Shown: piece after piece, positions 44,303-47,461 of the stretch
Layout of the letters: every line of letters begins with the position of its first letter
Numbering within the stretch: position 1 is the stretch's first letter
Assembly (NCBI GenBank): GCA_018378955.1
Contig: JAGZWL010000001.1
Coordinates: 1-47,461 of the forward strand
Length of the DNA: 47,461 nucleotides
From: Atopobium sp.
Lineage (GTDB): Bacteria; Actinomycetota; Coriobacteriia; Coriobacteriales; Atopobiaceae
Direction of reading: 5' to 3'
Notes under the pieces: model-generated
Seen by the model: only the letters and a program-made list of their open reading frames with translations
What the model was told of the DNA's origin: nothing
The model's database searches: none
Program-made: the position numbers and the translations under genes

Positions 44303-45832
44303 ATGGATGCATCAATTGATTCAGACGCAGTAGCTCTGTGGCAAGACGCAATTGACCTTTTGGTTGAAGAGAATCAGCCAGAGGCTTTTATCGCCATGTT
44401 GAGAACCTGCACTCCAATTAAAGTTGAAGATAATACGCTCTATGCTGAGACTCCAATGCGCTTGGCATATAACCGTATCCTTAAGAATCTGCCAATTGTT
44501 GAGAGATGTCTCTCGGCTGCGGCCTTTGAAGATATTATCTTAAGTCTTACGCTTACAAAGTCTTCTACTCCTGTTACAACTACTTCTACGATGACTCCTC
44601 AAGAGTTCAACGCTTGGAAGCAGAAAACCGCTCCTATACAGGCTGTTGTTCCAGAACAGATTCAAGATTTTGAATCCCAGGAACAGAGTCTTGAAGAATT
44701 AAAACAACAGACGTTAAAGAGACGTAAGAGTAATCCTCTTTATGAGGAGACATCCTTCAATTCAAATCTCACGTTTGATCGCTTTGTTGTTGGTGACGAG
44801 AATGAGCTTGCTCATCAACATGCTTTAAATGTTGCAAACGACGCAAAAGGTAAGGCAAACCCACTCTTTATTTACGGTGCAAGTGGACTTGGAAAAACTC
44901 ACCTTCTGCGAGCCGTTCAGAACTACATCAACGCTGAAGATATCGAGCGCGTTTGTGTTTACAAAGACGCAGATGCCTTTGTTGATGACTACGTAAATGC
45001 AGTTCGTAAAAACGCTTCAGGAAACGCAGCAACAGAACTGAGTAATAACTACCAAAACATTGACGTTCTTATCATCGATGATGTCCAAAAACTTGCTGGT
45101 AAAGCGGGTACCATCAACTTCTTCTTCAATATTTTTAACTCTCTTATTGATAGAGGTAAGCAGATTATTCTTGCAGCCGATAGAACTCCAGCTCAGCTCG
45201 GTATGGGCTCTGACGGTTTTGATGATCGTATTACTTCTCGTATGAGTGGTGGCATTGTTATTGGCATTGAGTCTCCAAGTTACGAGATGAAGCTCAATCT
45301 TATTCACGTCTTCTGCGACCGAGCTTTTAAAGAGAGAAATTCTTCTCTTTCTGCAGATGATATGCCAGAAGATATTCGTCGCTATATGGCTGATAAGGCC
45401 GGTCAAAGTATTAGAACTCTTGAAGGCTTCTGTAATCGTTGCGTCACTGGACAAATCAAAGCAAAAGAGTCCGGTAAAAACATTAAGCAAGAAGAGATTG
45501 ATAAGATTGCAGATACTCTTTGGCGACGCGTTTCAAAGACCGTAAATATCGAGAAGGTCCAAGAAGTCGTAGAGAACGTCTATGGCATTAGCCATCGCGA
45601 TATTGTTGGTAACAAGAGAAATAAAGAAATTGCAGAGCCTCGTCATGTTGCACTTTATCTTGCTCATGACCTTTGCCAATACACGCTGGTAAATATTGGT
45701 AAGCATTTTGGAGGAAGAAAACACGCAACAATTTTGCACAGTATTGAGGTAATTGAAGAGAGAATCAAAGAAGACAAAAGCTTCTATGATCAAATTTCTC
45801 AACTCAAGAAGACTATCCTTGAACAAAGTTAG
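44303..45832 (+). CDS. dnaA: Chromosomal replication initiator DnaA
   Basis: TFDRFVVG, NPLFIYGASGLGKTHL, IIDDVQ, RTLEG, PRHVALYL, HFGGRKHATI. Confidence 0.97.
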   Translation: MDASIDSDAVALWQDAIDLLVEENQPEAFIAMLRTCTPIKVEDNTLYAETPMRLAYNRILKNLPIVERCLSAAAFEDIILSLTLTKSSTPVTTTSTMTPQEFNAWKQKTAPIQAVVPEQIQDFESQEQSLEELKQQTLKRRKSNPLYEETSFNSNLTFDRFVVGDENELAHQHALNVANDAKGKANPLFIYGASGLGKTHLLRAVQNYINAEDIERVCVYKDADAFVDDYVNAVRKNASGNAATELSNNYQNIDVLIIDDVQKLAGKAGTINFFFNIFNSLIDRGKQIILAADRTPAQLGMGSDGFDDRITSRMSGGIVIGIESPSYEMKLNLIHVFCDRAFKERNSSLSADDMPEDIRRYMADKAGQSIRTLEGFCNRCVTGQIKAKESGKNIKQEEIDKIADTLWRRVSKTVNIEKVQEVVENVYGISHRDIVGNKRNKEIAEPRHVALYLAHDLCQYTLVNIGKHFGGRKHATILHSIEVIEERIKEDKSFYDQISQLKKTILEQS

Positions 45833-46065
45833 TGTTTAAAACCTGTTCGTAAGATGTCAATTGGTGAAGAGAAGTACTGGTTTGGTGTTGAGAGTTTAAG
45901 AGAGGGAGTTTTACTTTGTTTATGAATGTCAAAAATAAGCAAACAAATCTGACCTCTAGAAACATATTTCTACCTCTAGAAATGTAAAGCTTTCTTCTTT
46001 TCAACATAGCTTATTATTACTACGATATTTTTATTCTTATCTAAGAAATAATAGAAAGGGTCGTC
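45833..46065. other. oriC unwinding region (dnaA-dnaN intergenic)
   Basis: TTTTCAACA box (45998-46006), short spacer, DnaA-trio-like TAT-TAT-TAC-TAC (46012-46023), then an AT-rich tract before dnaN. Confidence 0.8.
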
Positions 46066-47166
46066 ATGAAATTTACCGTAAGTCAATCCGCTCTCCAGAC
46101 GGCGCTTGATATTGTTTCTAAGGGTATTGGTTCTAATACAACACTTCCAATTCTCTCCGGTATTTATCTCAAAGCTTTTAATGGCATGCTTGAGCTACAG
46201 TCCAGTGACTTAACTATCTCTATTAAGCATCAGATTGCAGCAAACGTAGAAGAAGAAGGAGAGACAGTTGTTTCTGGAAAGGTTATCCAGAACATTGTTA
46301 AAAATCTTCCTGATGCAGCAATTACTTTTGAAGGTGGAGAGCGTACGCTTTCTGTAACTTGCCAGCGTTCATCTTTTAGGCTTAATACTCTTTCTGCACA
46401 CGATTGGGCACAGTTCCCAGAGTTTGATCTTGAGAAGACCTGCGAGCTTCCAAGTCAACTTCTATCAACTATGGTTGATAAAGTTTATCGTGTAACTTCA
46501 AAGGAAGCTTCTCGTCCTATTCTTCAGGGAATTTCTCTCACCGTTGAGGACAATACTATTCGCCTTGTTGCAACTGACTCATTCCGTCTTGCTGTTTGTG
46601 ATTCCAATACAGATACGCCAGCAGGTGAATCTTTTAGTGCAATTATTTCTGGTGAAGTTTTCCACGACGTTCTTTCCATGCGTAGCATGACTGAGAAGGT
46701 TTTAATTGGTACTACAGACAACCAGGTAGTCTTCCAGTTTGGAAATACCACTCACATTTCGCGAAAGATTGAAGGTCATTTCCCAGATTATAAGCAGCTA
46801 CTTCCAACGTCTTGTACTGCATCTGTTGATATTAATGTTGAGGATTTCTCTGCAGCTCTCAAGCGTGTATCTGTTATTGCTCTGGCAAATCCATCAGTAC
46901 GTTTTGATGTTGATGCTGATGGAAAAGAAGTTAAGCTGTCTGCATCCTCACCAGATCAAGGTGAATCTTCTGAGCACATTGAGGCACAAATTGAAGGAGA
47001 CTCTCTTTCAATCGCTTTGAACTACCACTACGTTTTTGATTGTGTAAACGCTGCTCCTTCTAAGGACCTTTTGCGTCTTGAACTCCAGGGTCCTTCTCAG
47101 CCTGCAATCTTTAAATCAAATGGTAAAGTCAATTATTTGTATCTTCTGATGCCTGTTCGCCTCTAA
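46066..47166 (+). CDS. dnaN: DNA polymerase III beta clamp
   Basis: MKFTV, PILSGI, VATDSFRLA, IEGHFPDYKQLLP, YLLMPVR. Confidence 0.97.
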   Translation: MKFTVSQSALQTALDIVSKGIGSNTTLPILSGIYLKAFNGMLELQSSDLTISIKHQIAANVEEEGETVVSGKVIQNIVKNLPDAAITFEGGERTLSVTCQRSSFRLNTLSAHDWAQFPEFDLEKTCELPSQLLSTMVDKVYRVTSKEASRPILQGISLTVEDNTIRLVATDSFRLAVCDSNTDTPAGESFSAIISGEVFHDVLSMRSMTEKVLIGTTDNQVVFQFGNTTHISRKIEGHFPDYKQLLPTSCTASVDINVEDFSAALKRVSVIALANPSVRFDVDADGKEVKLSASSPDQGESSEHIEAQIEGDSLSIALNYHYVFDCVNAAPSKDLLRLELQGPSQPAIFKSNGKVNYLYLLMPVRL

Positions 47167-47181
47167 TTTGATAGGGGTTGT

Positions 47182-47461
47182 GTGGGACTTAAAGTTGAAC
47201 ATGTTTCGCTGTATAACTTTCGTTGTTTTGCTTCGAAAGAAATAGATTTATCTGCGCAAACTACTATCTTTGTAGGAAAAAATGCCGCAGGTAAGACAAA
47301 TACTGTAGAGGCATTACAACTCCTTACCGCTGGATATTCTTTTAGAAAACCAACACCTTCACAGCTCCTTCTCACAGGTACTTCTGAGGCAAAGATAGAG
47401 ATTTCTCTTACAGGAGATGGAAGAAAGCTAGAAAATACCTGTACCATCACAGAACGTCGTC
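47182..47461 (+). CDS. recF: DNA replication/repair protein RecF (5' part, truncated by the window)
   Basis: Translated by hand: MGLKVEHVSLYNFRCF...TIFVGKNAAGKTNTVEAL.LL..G.SFR; follows dnaN. Confidence 0.92.
   Translation, partial: MGLKVEHVSLYNFRCFASKEIDLSAQTTIFVGKNAAGKTNTVEALQLLTAGYSFRKPTPSQLLLTGTSEAKIEISLTGDGRKLENTCTITERR

Noticed and set aside
1..47461. CRISPR array, rRNA, transposase or defence island
   Set aside because: No regularly spaced repeats, rRNA-like sequence or such ORFs were seen; the WYL genes have no cas or defence neighbours.

Overview
Chromosomal origin-of-replication region of a moderate-GC actinobacterium. Gene content and order suggest Coriobacteriia/Atopobiaceae (Lancefieldella/Atopobium-like), which is an inference. 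Left to right: a partial fold-IV aminotransferase-like gene, purH, GNAT-gluQ, tRNAs and serS. Next is the actinobacterial Ser/Thr signalling and cell-wall cluster (an extra non-RD multi-TM kinase, fhaA, fhaB, PP2C, a single-ORF RodA-PbpA fusion, pknB). Then purC/purB around a two-component system and a Tat lipoprotein, an M29 aminopeptidase, a Fur/PerR regulator, a thioester/isopeptide/ester surface adhesin, a degenerate M28-like protein, a PafBC-like WYL pair, exonuclease-DinG, ddl and rlmN. The right end is parB-parA-rsmG-jag-yidC-yidD-rnpA-rpmH, then an uncharacterised GHKL-wHTH gene, dnaA, oriC, dnaN and partial recF. Six tRNAs and two perfect parS sites are present. No CRISPR array, transposase or integrase was seen. 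Most notable: (i) the origin appears to use a shifted DnaA box (TT[T/A/C]TCAACA), DnaA has altered DNA-reading residues, and a GHKL-ATPase/wHTH gene sits between rpmH and dnaA, bracketed by these boxes; (ii) an unknown small gene under a perfect 26-bp palindrome containing a LexA box; (iii) two unexplained structured intergenic elements (16.3-16.8 kb and 25.3-25.7 kb).
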